From an uncultured Candidatus Saccharibacteria bacterium (GTDB taxonomy: Bacteria > Patescibacteriota > Minisyncoccia > Minisyncoccales > JANBVM01): 59,501 nucleotides of DNA. Location of the stretch: positions 12,081 to 71,581 of the forward strand of contig CAZBMQ010000006.1 in NCBI GenBank assembly GCA_964493485.1, given 5' to 3'. Numbering within the stretch: the stretch's first letter is position 1; every line of letters begins with the position of its first letter. Position numbers and translations under genes: made by a program. This document shows, in pieces, positions 46,893 to 57,735 of this stretch. The notes below the pieces were generated by a model. It was not told the origin of the DNA. It did no database searches and saw only the letters and a program-made list of their open reading frames with translations.

Positions 46893-47167
46893 CCGTCACG
46901 CCAAGCGAGCTGGGAATAGCTGAAGTCCCGCCGATTAAGGTGGGCCTAAGCTAGGTTCAGTGAGAGGGGCGAAGTCGTAACAAGGCACGGGTAGCGGAAG
47001 CTGTCCGTGGATCACCACATTTTATTTTTTGATTGGTCGACTAGGATTGAAATCTGGAATTCGGATTTTAATTCTAGGGGTGTTGATCGAGGAGCCTTTA
47101 AGTCTCGATCGTTGAAATAAGTCGGGACAACTCTAAGAAACCATAAAAAGACTTATATAAAATAATT

Positions 47168-47198
47168 AAAAGCCAGTTTGAATGTACAGGCTTTTTTT
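47168..47198 (+). terminator. Possible terminator after the 16S precursor
   Basis: AAAAGCC...GGCTTTT with a 7-T run; 14-nt loop. Confidence 0.5.
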
Positions 47199-47204
47199 AT
47201 TGAC

Positions 47205-47233
47205 TTGCAAAAATAAAAAAATTGACATAAAAT
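47205..47233 (+). promoter_or_regulatory. Promoter of the YbaK-MTase-tRNA unit
   Basis: TTGCAA, 17 nt, TAAAAT, ending 8 nt before ATG 47242. Confidence 0.55.
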
Positions 47234-47241
47234 TTATTTAT

Positions 47242-47748
47242 ATGCCGGTTCCAAAGAAAGTGATTAATTTTTTAGAAAAGAATAGGGCAAGATATGAAAT
47301 AGTTGAACACCGAACAGTTTACACTGCTTTTGATAAAGTGAAGACATTAAAAGTAAAACCAAATATTGTTGGAAAAACATTGGTTTTAAAAGGAGATAAA
47401 GATTTAATATTTGTGTTGATTCCAGCAAACAAGAATTTAGATAAGAATAAATTTAAAAAAATAGTTAATATTTGGAGAAAAAAACAGGGAAAGAAGAGTG
47501 TGAAAAAGATAGAATTTGTATCAGAAAGAGTAATTAAGAATAAAATAAAAGGAGTGAAATTAGGTGCTATTCCTCCTTTTGGAAGCCTTTTTGGGTATCC
47601 TACTTTTGTAAATAAATCATTGTTGAGTCAGAGAAAGATTATTCTGAATTCAGGCATTCCTGATTTTTCAGTTAGAATTACAACAGCTTCTTTTAAAAAA
47701 ATAATCCCAGATATGATATCTGCAAATTTTGTGAAGGCGAAAAAGTAA
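47242..47748 (+). CDS. YbaK/EbsC-family aminoacyl-tRNA deacylase (168 aa)
   Basis: HRTVYTA, VGKTLV (conserved Lys), GAIPPFG; start moved to ATG 47242. Confidence 0.85.
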   Translation: MPVPKKVINFLEKNRARYEIVEHRTVYTAFDKVKTLKVKPNIVGKTLVLKGDKDLIFVLIPANKNLDKNKFKKIVNIWRKKQGKKSVKKIEFVSERVIKNKIKGVKLGAIPPFGSLFGYPTFVNKSLLSQRKIILNSGIPDFSVRITTASFKKIIPDMISANFVKAKK

Positions 47749-47764
47749 TTTAAATGATTTTAAG

Positions 47765-48325
47765 ATGTGGTATCAAACTTTCTCAATATTTTATGAAAAA
47801 GCTGCAGAAAGAATGTGCCAAGAATGTAAAGAGTTTATTAAAAAGGGGAGCAGAATACTTGATTTAGGTTGTGGTTCTGGAATAGTAGGTAATACATTTC
47901 AGAATTTTTTTAAGGCAGAAGTTATGGGAGTGGATATTACAGATAGAAGAGTACTTCCTATTCCATTTAAAACTATTGATGGAAAATCTCTTCCTTTTCA
48001 GGATAATAATTTTGATGCAGTATTAATTTCTTATGTGTTACACCACAGCCAGGATCCAATGCTTCTTTTAAAAGAAGCTAAAAGAGTGACGAGGGATAAG
48101 ATTTTAGTGTACGAAGATTTGCCGGATGGGATTTTCTCAAGATTATTTTGTGCTCTTCATGGATTTTTATTTGATAAATTATTTCAGAATAAAAATAGAA
48201 CAAGCTTTAAAACAGAAGAAGAATGGAAAAAGGTATTTGCAGATTTAGACTTAAAAATGGTTTTTCAAAAAAAGGTTTCTTTTTTAAACCCAGTTAGAAA
48301 AAAATTGTTTGTATTACAGAAATAG
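47765..48325 (+). CDS. Class I SAM-dependent methyltransferase
   Basis: ILDLGCGSG, GVDI, LPFQDNNFDAV, VLHH; the last base of TAG is G1 of tRNA-Ile. Confidence 0.88.
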   Translation: MWYQTFSIFYEKAAERMCQECKEFIKKGSRILDLGCGSGIVGNTFQNFFKAEVMGVDITDRRVLPIPFKTIDGKSLPFQDNNFDAVLISYVLHHSQDPMLLLKEAKRVTRDKILVYEDLPDGIFSRLFCALHGFLFDKLFQNKNRTSFKTEEEWKKVFADLDLKMVFQKKVSFLNPVRKKLFVLQK

Positions 48326-48399
48326 GGCATGTAGTTCAATGGTAGAACACTTCTCTGATAAAGAAGAGGTCGTAGGTTCGATTCCTACCATGCCCACCA
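48325..48399 (+). tRNA. tRNA-Ile (GAT), CCA encoded
   Basis: GGGCATG/CATGCCC acceptor; CTTCT-CTGATAA-AGAAG anticodon arm; A73 then CCA. Confidence 0.95.
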
Positions 48400-48431
48400 A
48401 CATTGCTTTGCAATATAGAATTTAACACACT

Positions 48432-48505
48432 GGGCCCGTAGCTCAGTTGGCTAGAGCATCGCATTTGCAATGCGGAGGTCAGGAGTTCGAGTCTCCTCGG
48501 GTCCA
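48432..48505 (+). tRNA. tRNA-Ala (TGC)
   Basis: G3-U70 identity pair; TCGCA-TTTGCAA-TGCGG anticodon arm. Confidence 0.95.
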
Positions 48506-48657
48506 CACTTATTTTCTTTCTTTAAGTTTTCCACAAAAAGTTTTTTTGGCTCTCTTAACTATGTTATAATATAAAAATATAGTTTGTTATGGCGCATTTG
48601 ATATGCGACATAACTGTTAATTCTTAAAAGGTCGATAAATAACCTTTTACAAAAAAT

Positions 48658-49335
48658 ATGGTGAAAGACTGGTCAGTAATTACTACTGAGGCTTTACAAG
48701 AAACTTGGAGAGCATTTTTATTCTTTTTACCTAAACTGATTGGAGCAATAATAGTATTTGTTATTGGTTGGCTTATTTCTTCTGCTTTAGGCAGATTAGT
48801 GGCTGAGGCTCTGAAGCTTTTAAAGTTTAATCAGGTATTTGAAAGAAGCAATTGGAAAGAAGCTCTTGAAAAAGCAGATTTGAAGGTAAATCCTTCTGAC
48901 TTTGTTGGAGGAATTTGTAAATGGATTCTGGTAATAGTATTCTTGCTTGCTTCAGTAGACATTTTAGGGTTTGAAGAGTTTGCTGACATTTTAAGCAGAG
49001 TTATAAGTTGGCTTCCAAACCTGATAGTTGCTATAGCTATTTTCATAGTGGCTATAATTCTTACTGATATTTTAGAAAAAATCATTAAGGCTAGTGTGGA
49101 AAAGATGGGGATAGAACATGCAGGATTTCTTGGTACTTTGGTAAGATGGTCAGTTTACTTTTTTGCTCTAGTAGCTATACTTATTCAGTTAGAAGTAGCG
49201 CCGAGTATAATTAATACGTTGTTTACAGGAATAGTTGGAATGTTTAGCTTAGCTTTTGGTTTAGCTTTTGGGCTTGGGGGAAAGGATGCTGCAGCTAAGG
49301 TAATTGAAGATTTCAAGAGAAAAATTTCTTCATAA
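48658..49335 (+). CDS. MscS-associated TM-helix repeat membrane protein
   Basis: Two repeats of (F/W)LP(K/N)LI.A..(V/I)F; GLAFGLGGKD C-terminus; no cytoplasmic cage domain. Confidence 0.75.
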   Translation: MVKDWSVITTEALQETWRAFLFFLPKLIGAIIVFVIGWLISSALGRLVAEALKLLKFNQVFERSNWKEALEKADLKVNPSDFVGGICKWILVIVFLLASVDILGFEEFADILSRVISWLPNLIVAIAIFIVAIILTDILEKIIKASVEKMGIEHAGFLGTLVRWSVYFFALVAILIQLEVAPSIINTLFTGIVGMFSLAFGLAFGLGGKDAAAKVIEDFKRKISS

Positions 49336-49419
49336 ATTTTTTTCATCTGAAATTAAAACAGTAACAGAGTAACAGCTTGTATAAAATTACAAGAATGAGT
49401 TTTATTAGTTGAAGGAGAT

Positions 49420-49471
49420 AAACCCACATCACACATCATAGATATCAGTTTGAAGCGTGGTGTGGGTTTTT
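49420..49471 (+). terminator. Long hairpin with T-run just upstream of the 23S promoter
   Basis: 13-bp AAACCCACATCAC / GTGGTGTGGGTTT stem followed by TT; large loop. Confidence 0.5.
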
Positions 49472-49474
49472 AGC

Positions 49475-49502
49475 TTGACAAATTATTTTGATTTGCTAAA
49501 AT
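49475..49502 (+). promoter_or_regulatory. Promoter upstream of 23S-5S
   Basis: TTGACA, 16 nt, TGn-TAAAAT. Confidence 0.7.
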
Positions 49503-49512
49503 AAGGATATAC

Positions 49513-49569
49513 ATGAAAATGATGAGTATGATGATAAATTATTTAATAAAGAAAACAAGAAGCGGTTAG
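49513..49569 (+). CDS. Putative Met-rich leader peptide MKMMSMMINYLIKKTRSG
   Basis: 5 ATG among the first 7 codons; stop codon overlaps the antiterminator 5' arm; not in the ORF track (18 aa). Confidence 0.55.
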   Translation: MKMMSMMINYLIKKTRSG

Positions 49570-49623
49570 TGTTTGGAATTTTTATTAATTACTAGAGAGA
49601 CCGCTTCTTGGGAGCGGTTTTTT
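49556..49623 (+). promoter_or_regulatory. Mutually exclusive antiterminator/terminator hairpins
   Basis: CAAGAAGCGGT (49556-66) pairs perfectly with ACCGCTTCTTG (49600-10); alternatively AGACCGCTTC/GGAGCGGTTT plus T-run forms a terminator. Confidence 0.7.
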
Positions 49624-49707
49624 GATTAAAGAATGGGAAAGAACTCTACAACTAAATAAAGACAGTAAAAGGCATTATTCGCTAAATTTGTTTTATAGGA
49701 TTTTGGA

Positions 49708-52654
<2,947 letters not shown>

Positions 52655-52690
52655 CCAGAATTCTGTAAAACAAAATAATAAAAGGGCGCT

Positions 52691-52804
52691 TTAGTGGCAA
52701 CTATACTGGCATTGTCCCACCTGTTCCCATCTCGAACACAGAAGTGAAATATGCCAAGGCCGATGATAGTGGGTTTCCCGCGAAAGTAGGTAGTTGCCGC
52801 TAAA
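52691..52804 (+). rRNA. rrf: 5S rRNA
   Basis: GTCCCACCTG..CCCAT..CGAAC.CAGAAGTGAAA, GCCGATG.TAGT, AAGTAGG; helix I extended about 10 bp by flanks, then a T-run. Confidence 0.95.
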
Positions 52805-52836
52805 GCGCCTTTTTGTTTCTTGATATCTAATTTATT

Positions 52837-53721
52837 GTGGGTCATAATAATCTAATGAGGTTTTTAGAAGCAAGACAAATTGAAATGTTTGATAAAAAAA
52901 CCAAGAAATCTTTTTTGGTAAATGGTGTTGGGAATTTAAAGTTCAAAGCAGGGATTGTAATTTTTATTCTTATTTCTTTTTTTATTTTGAATGCAACTCC
53001 TTTTTCAAAAGTATTAAGAGGTTTTTTTTATTCTTTTTCTAGGCCTATTCAAGAAAAGCTTTGGGAAAAGGGAAAATTTATCTCTGATTTTTTTGAGACC
53101 TTGGTATATGCAAGGAGACTGAAAGAAGAAAACGAAGAATTAGAATCAAAAAATAGAGAATTAATAACTAAAATTGCAGAATTAGAGGATTTGAGAAAAG
53201 AGAATAAAATACTGAGAAGAGCTTTGGAGTTAGATTTACAAGAAGAATTTGATTTAAAGATATGTAGGGTTATTGGAAGAGAGATTGGAGCAGATTATTT
53301 AATAATTGACAAGGGAGCTGTTGATGGAATATCTTTTGGTGTTCCAGTGATTACTCAGGATAAGTCTTTGGTTGGTAGAATTAGCGAAGTGTATGAGACT
53401 ATTTCTAAGGTTCAGCTTTTAACCTCTAAAGATAGTTCTTTTGATGTAGAAATTTTTGAAAAAGAAATTTATGGCTTAGCTAAGGGTAAGAGAGACTTTA
53501 AACTTTTATTAGATCTTGTTCCAAAAGAAAAAGAGTTGAAGGAAGGTGATAAGGTTGTTACCAGCGCCCTGGGAGGCAATTTTCCAAGAGGATTATTAGT
53601 GGGAGATGTAATACACATTGATAAACCAGATCTTACATCTTTTCAAACAGCTGAAATTAAACCTTCTTTTGAGCTTAAAGAATTGAGCTCTGTGTTTGTT
53701 ATTATAAACTTTGCCAAATGA
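52837..53721 (+). CDS. mreC: Rod shape protein MreC (true start uncertain, may be ATG 52885)
   Basis: TM plus coiled coil, IIDKG..DGI, LVGRISEV, GDKVVTSALGGNFPRGLLVG. Confidence 0.9.
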   Translation: MGHNNLMRFLEARQIEMFDKKTKKSFLVNGVGNLKFKAGIVIFILISFFILNATPFSKVLRGFFYSFSRPIQEKLWEKGKFISDFFETLVYARRLKEENEELESKNRELITKIAELEDLRKENKILRRALELDLQEEFDLKICRVIGREIGADYLIIDKGAVDGISFGVPVITQDKSLVGRISEVYETISKVQLLTSKDSSFDVEIFEKEIYGLAKGKRDFKLLLDLVPKEKELKEGDKVVTSALGGNFPRGLLVGDVIHIDKPDLTSFQTAEIKPSFELKELSSVFVIINFAK

Positions 53722-54014
53722 AGAAGAAAGTTATTTTTTCGATTCTCTTTTTTTATTTTTTGGTTTTACTCCAAACCAGTTTTTTCGTTCATTTCTGTCC
53801 TGAGCACCTGAACCTTACATTAATTGTTATAGCTTTAGTGAATGTTTTTGAAGATAGAAAAGAAAATTTTGGTATTTTTTCAGCTTTCATTGGCGGCTTT
53901 TTTTTAGATATTTTTTCTGAAAAAACTTTTGGTTATTATATTTTTCTTTCTATTTGTATCTCTTTATTTATTAAATTTATTTTTAAAAAATATATCTACG
54001 CATTTCAGAAATAG
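53718..54014 (+). CDS. mreD: Short MreD-like membrane protein (98 aa)
   Basis: LVLLQTSF and AFIGGFFLDIFS motifs; located between mreC and PBP2. Confidence 0.7.
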   Translation: MKKKVIFSILFFYFLVLLQTSFFVHFCPEHLNLTLIVIALVNVFEDRKENFGIFSAFIGGFFLDIFSEKTFGYYIFLSICISLFIKFIFKKYIYAFQK

Positions 54015-54114
54015 AACTTATTTCAAAATTGAGAACTTCCAATTCTGTAAAGGATTGGATTTTTTTTGTATTTTTTGTATGGTAAGATTAGACAAAAGTA
54101 GAAATATATTCTTT

Positions 54115-56058
54115 ATGGATTATTTTAGAGGAAAAAGAATAAGGTTTCGTTTTGCTAGTGAGATTGAACCTCACGAGATTTTATTGGATAGATTGGTAGA
54201 GAAAAGAGAACAGGAAGATGATTTTTTAGAGAGAAGGATTGAGGTGCCTTTGCTAAAAAGAACTTTGCAGAGGTTCTTTGTTTTTTCTGTATTAGTGATT
54301 TTTGGACTTTTTTTGAGAAGTTTTCAATTGCAGGTGATTGAAGGAGAAAGTTTCAGTGCTTTAGCTAATGAGAACAAGTATATTTTCTATAAAATTCAAG
54401 CAGAGAGAGGAGTAATATATGATAAGAATTTAAAACAGCTGGTTTTTAATGTGCCAAGTTTTGATTTGATTTGCCAAAAAGAAAATTTACCTGAAAATAA
54501 AGCAGAACAGAAGAGAATTATAAAAGAAGTTTCTAATATTCTTAAAATAGATCCTCAAATAATTGAAGAGAAAATTCACAAAGATGAAGATTCTATTGTT
54601 TTAATTAAGGAAAATATAGAACATCAGGCATTGATTGTCTTAGAAACCAAAATAGACAATCTCCCAGGATTTAGTATTAAGCAACGTTTGATTAGGGACT
54701 ATAAAGAGGGAGATACTTTTTCTCATATAATGGGATATATGGGGAAAATAAAAAAAGAAGAGTGGGAGAAAAACCCTGAGTTTTATTCGCTTTTAGATTA
54801 TGTCGGGAGAGCAGGTATTGAGAAATCTTATGAAGAAGTATTAAGAAAAAATCCAGGTAAGGTTAGAATTGAAAGAGATGCATTAGGAAATATTATTTCA
54901 AAAGAGGTTGTCTCTTTGCCAAAATCAGGCAAGAGTTTAATTTTGTGGTTGGATTCTGATTTGCAGAGAAAGATAAAAGAAGCATTAGAAAAAGAACTTC
55001 AGGAGATAGGAAGCAAGAGAGCTGTAGCAATTGCGTTAGATCCGAAAACTGGAGGGGTGTTGTCTCTGGTTTCCATTCCTTCTTTTGACAATAATGTGTT
55101 TTTCCAGGGAGATTCTGAAAAAATACAGAAACTTTTGAATGATAAACAAAACCCTCTTTTTAACCGTGCAATATCAGGCCGATATCCTACAGGTTCAACA
55201 ATAAAACCTCTGATGAGTCTAGCAGCTTTAGAAGAAGGAATAATAGATCCAGATAAAAAAATTAATTGTCATGGGAAAATAGAGGTACAGGATTTTTGGA
55301 ACCCTGATAAAGTTTGGGAATATAAAGACTGGAGGACTCACGGTTGGACAGATATGAGAAAAGCTATTGCAGAATCTTGCAATGTGTATTTTTATCGACT
55401 TGGTGGAGGGTATAAAGAACAGGAAGGTTTAGGTCCCACAAGGATAAAAAAATATTTAGAACTTTTCGGTTGGAGTAGTAAAACCCAGATTGATCTTCCA
55501 GGTGAAGCAGAAGGATTTATACCTGACAAGGAATGGAAAAAAGAGGTATGGGGACAGGGATGGTGGGATGGAGACACCTATTTGCTTTCAATTGGCCAAG
55601 GTTATCTTTTAATTACACCTTTGGAAGTAGTGGCTAGTTTTCTTCCGATAGCTAATGGAGGAAAACTATTAAAACCTCATATTGTTCAGAAAATTATTGA
55701 TGGTTCAGCAGATTCGCCCCAAGTGGTTAAAGAAATTGCACCAGAAATCATCAGAGAAAATTTTATTGATCCCAAAAATATTCAAGTTGTGAGAGAAGGT
55801 ATGAGGCAGGCTGTAACAGGAAAAAATAGTCCTCATGCATCCGCAGTTTTATTAAATTCATTACCAGTTTCAGCTGCAGCAAAGACAGGAACAGCTGAAA
55901 CTCCTACAGAGAATCTTTATCATAACTGGATTACTGTATTTGCTCCTTACGAGGATCCAGAGATTCTCTTGACTATTATGATTGAAGATGTAAAAGGTGT
56001 AAGGGCGGCTGCGTTGCCTGTAGCAAAAGAAGTGTTGGAATGGTATTTTAGCCGATAA
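54115..56058 (+). CDS. mrdA: Penicillin-binding protein 2 (class B transpeptidase), about 647 aa
   Basis: RG.IYD.N, GRAGIEKSYE, PTGSTIKP (SxxK), SCN (SxN), KTGTA; start moved to ATG 54115. Confidence 0.93.
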   Translation: MDYFRGKRIRFRFASEIEPHEILLDRLVEKREQEDDFLERRIEVPLLKRTLQRFFVFSVLVIFGLFLRSFQLQVIEGESFSALANENKYIFYKIQAERGVIYDKNLKQLVFNVPSFDLICQKENLPENKAEQKRIIKEVSNILKIDPQIIEEKIHKDEDSIVLIKENIEHQALIVLETKIDNLPGFSIKQRLIRDYKEGDTFSHIMGYMGKIKKEEWEKNPEFYSLLDYVGRAGIEKSYEEVLRKNPGKVRIERDALGNIISKEVVSLPKSGKSLILWLDSDLQRKIKEALEKELQEIGSKRAVAIALDPKTGGVLSLVSIPSFDNNVFFQGDSEKIQKLLNDKQNPLFNRAISGRYPTGSTIKPLMSLAALEEGIIDPDKKINCHGKIEVQDFWNPDKVWEYKDWRTHGWTDMRKAIAESCNVYFYRLGGGYKEQEGLGPTRIKKYLELFGWSSKTQIDLPGEAEGFIPDKEWKKEVWGQGWWDGDTYLLSIGQGYLLITPLEVVASFLPIANGGKLLKPHIVQKIIDGSADSPQVVKEIAPEIIRENFIDPKNIQVVREGMRQAVTGKNSPHASAVLLNSLPVSAAAKTGTAETPTENLYHNWITVFAPYEDPEILLTIMIEDVKGVRAAALPVAKEVLEWYFSR

Positions 56059-56109
56059 TTTTTTAAGGTTTACTAAATAATAAAAAATTACTAAAATTAA
56101 AACATATAT

Positions 56110-57573
56110 ATGGCTATTGAAGAAATAAGAAAAATAAGATTGAAAAAGCTAAAATCAATTGAAAATGCTGGGTTTTTGGCTTATCCTGCAAAGGTCAAAA
56201 GGACGCATGAGGTAGCAGAAGCTTTAAAAAACTTTTCTTCTCTTTCTCGTCAAAAAAAAGAAATAGTGTTAGTAGGAAGGATTAAACTATTAAGAGTGCA
56301 TGGAGGTTCCACCTTTTTACATATAAAAGATGGTACGGGTGAGATGCAGGCTTATTTCAGGAAAGATAAACTTGGAGAAAGTGCTTATAAATTTTTTTTG
56401 AATAATTTCGATATCGGAGATTTTATTGAAATCAAAGGAGTATTGTTTAAGACCAAGAAAGGAGAAAAGACGATTGAGGCATATGATTTTAAAATGTTAG
56501 CCAAAAGCCTTAAACCTCTTCCAGAAAAATGGCACGGCTTGAAAGAGGTTGAGGAAAGATATAGAAAAAGATATTTGGATTTAATCTTTAATCCCGAAGT
56601 AAAGAAAAAATTTGAGCTTCGTTCAAAAATAATAAAAGAAATAAGAAGCTTTTTAGATAAAGAAGGATTTTTAGAGGTCGAGACTCCTATTCTGCAACCA
56701 ATGTATGGAGGGGCGAGAGCAAAGCCTTTTAAAACCCATTTAAATGCTTTAGATATTGATTTATATTTAAGAATATCTCTTGAGCTTTATTTAAAAAGAC
56801 TCTTGGTTGGGGGATTTGAAAAAATTTATGAGTTGGGAAAATGTTTTAGGAACGAAGGTTTAGATAGGTCTCATAATCCTGATTTTACAATGCTGGAATT
56901 CTATTGGGCATTTGCGGATTACAAAGATGTGATGAGGTTAACAGAAAAAATGTTTGTTCATATACTTAAAAATACCTTGGGTAAACTTAAGATTTCCTAT
57001 GAAGGAAAAGAGATTAATTTTAAAACTTCATGGCCTAGGGTTGAGTTTTCACACATTATCAAAAGAGAGACTAAGATAAATATAGAAGAGATGAATAGAG
57101 ACGCATTGGCAAAGAAAGCACAAGAATTAGGCGTTGTGGTTGATAAGCAAGCTCCGAAAATAGAAATTATAGATGAGATTTTCAAAAAGTTATGCAGGCC
57201 TAAGATATGGCAGCCTACTTTTGTAATCCACTACCCAGTAGGATTTCAACCTTTGGCTAAAGCCTTAGAAAAACATCCCAAAAAACTTGCTAATTTTCAA
57301 TTAATTATCGCAGGGTGGGAAATGGTAAATGCTTTTTCCGAATTGAATGATCCAATAGAACAAAGAAAAAGATTTGAAGAACAAGAAAAACTTTACAGGG
57401 CCGGTTTTGAAGAGGCTCAAAGAATGGATGAGGATTTTTTAGAAGCTCTTGAGTATGGAATGCCTCCTGCAGGTGGTTTTGGAATGGGAATAGATAGATT
57501 AGTAGCTTTATTAACAGATTCACATGCTTTAAGAGAAGTAATATTGTTTCCAACAATGAAACCAAAGTCATAA
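56110..57573 (+). CDS. lysS: Lysyl-tRNA synthetase (class II)
   Basis: RYRKRYLDL, EVETPIL, GGARAKPF, FRNEG..RSHNPDF, YGMPPAGGFGMGIDRL. Confidence 0.97.
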   Translation: MAIEEIRKIRLKKLKSIENAGFLAYPAKVKRTHEVAEALKNFSSLSRQKKEIVLVGRIKLLRVHGGSTFLHIKDGTGEMQAYFRKDKLGESAYKFFLNNFDIGDFIEIKGVLFKTKKGEKTIEAYDFKMLAKSLKPLPEKWHGLKEVEERYRKRYLDLIFNPEVKKKFELRSKIIKEIRSFLDKEGFLEVETPILQPMYGGARAKPFKTHLNALDIDLYLRISLELYLKRLLVGGFEKIYELGKCFRNEGLDRSHNPDFTMLEFYWAFADYKDVMRLTEKMFVHILKNTLGKLKISYEGKEINFKTSWPRVEFSHIIKRETKINIEEMNRDALAKKAQELGVVVDKQAPKIEIIDEIFKKLCRPKIWQPTFVIHYPVGFQPLAKALEKHPKKLANFQLIIAGWEMVNAFSELNDPIEQRKRFEEQEKLYRAGFEEAQRMDEDFLEALEYGMPPAGGFGMGIDRLVALLTDSHALREVILFPTMKPKS

Positions 57574-57580
57574 AAACAAT

Positions 57581-57728
57581 AAAAATTCTAAATTCTAAAT
57601 CTAGAGCCCTAAATAATTTCAAAATTCAAATGGTCAAAACAATCATCCAAATCTTTAAAACTGTTTCGAATTCTGATTTTTGTCATTTGAATTTATTTAG
57701 AATTTAGATATTAGGATTTAGAATTTTT
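57581..57728. repeat. About 150-nt nested palindrome of heptamer units (AAATTCT-type)
   Basis: AAAAATTCTAAATTCTAA / TTAGGATTTAGAATTTTT outer arms; ATTCAAATGGTCAAAA / TTTTTGTCATTTGAAT inner arms. Confidence 0.8.
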
Positions 57729-57735
57729 CTATAAT

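Noticed and set aside
49376-49393. CTTGTA-TAAAAT-TACAAG palindrome as an operator
   Set aside because: Only 6-bp arms in AT-rich DNA and no matching -35; could be chance
53929-54114. N-terminal extension of PBP2
   Set aside because: Overlaps mreD out of frame and is low-complexity; ATG 54115 gives a normal cytoplasmic tail plus TM (ATG 54079 not excluded)
57581-57728. CRISPR array or T-box leader before serS/lysS
   Set aside because: No repeat-spacer alternation, no cas genes and no T-box consensus; it is a palindrome of short units
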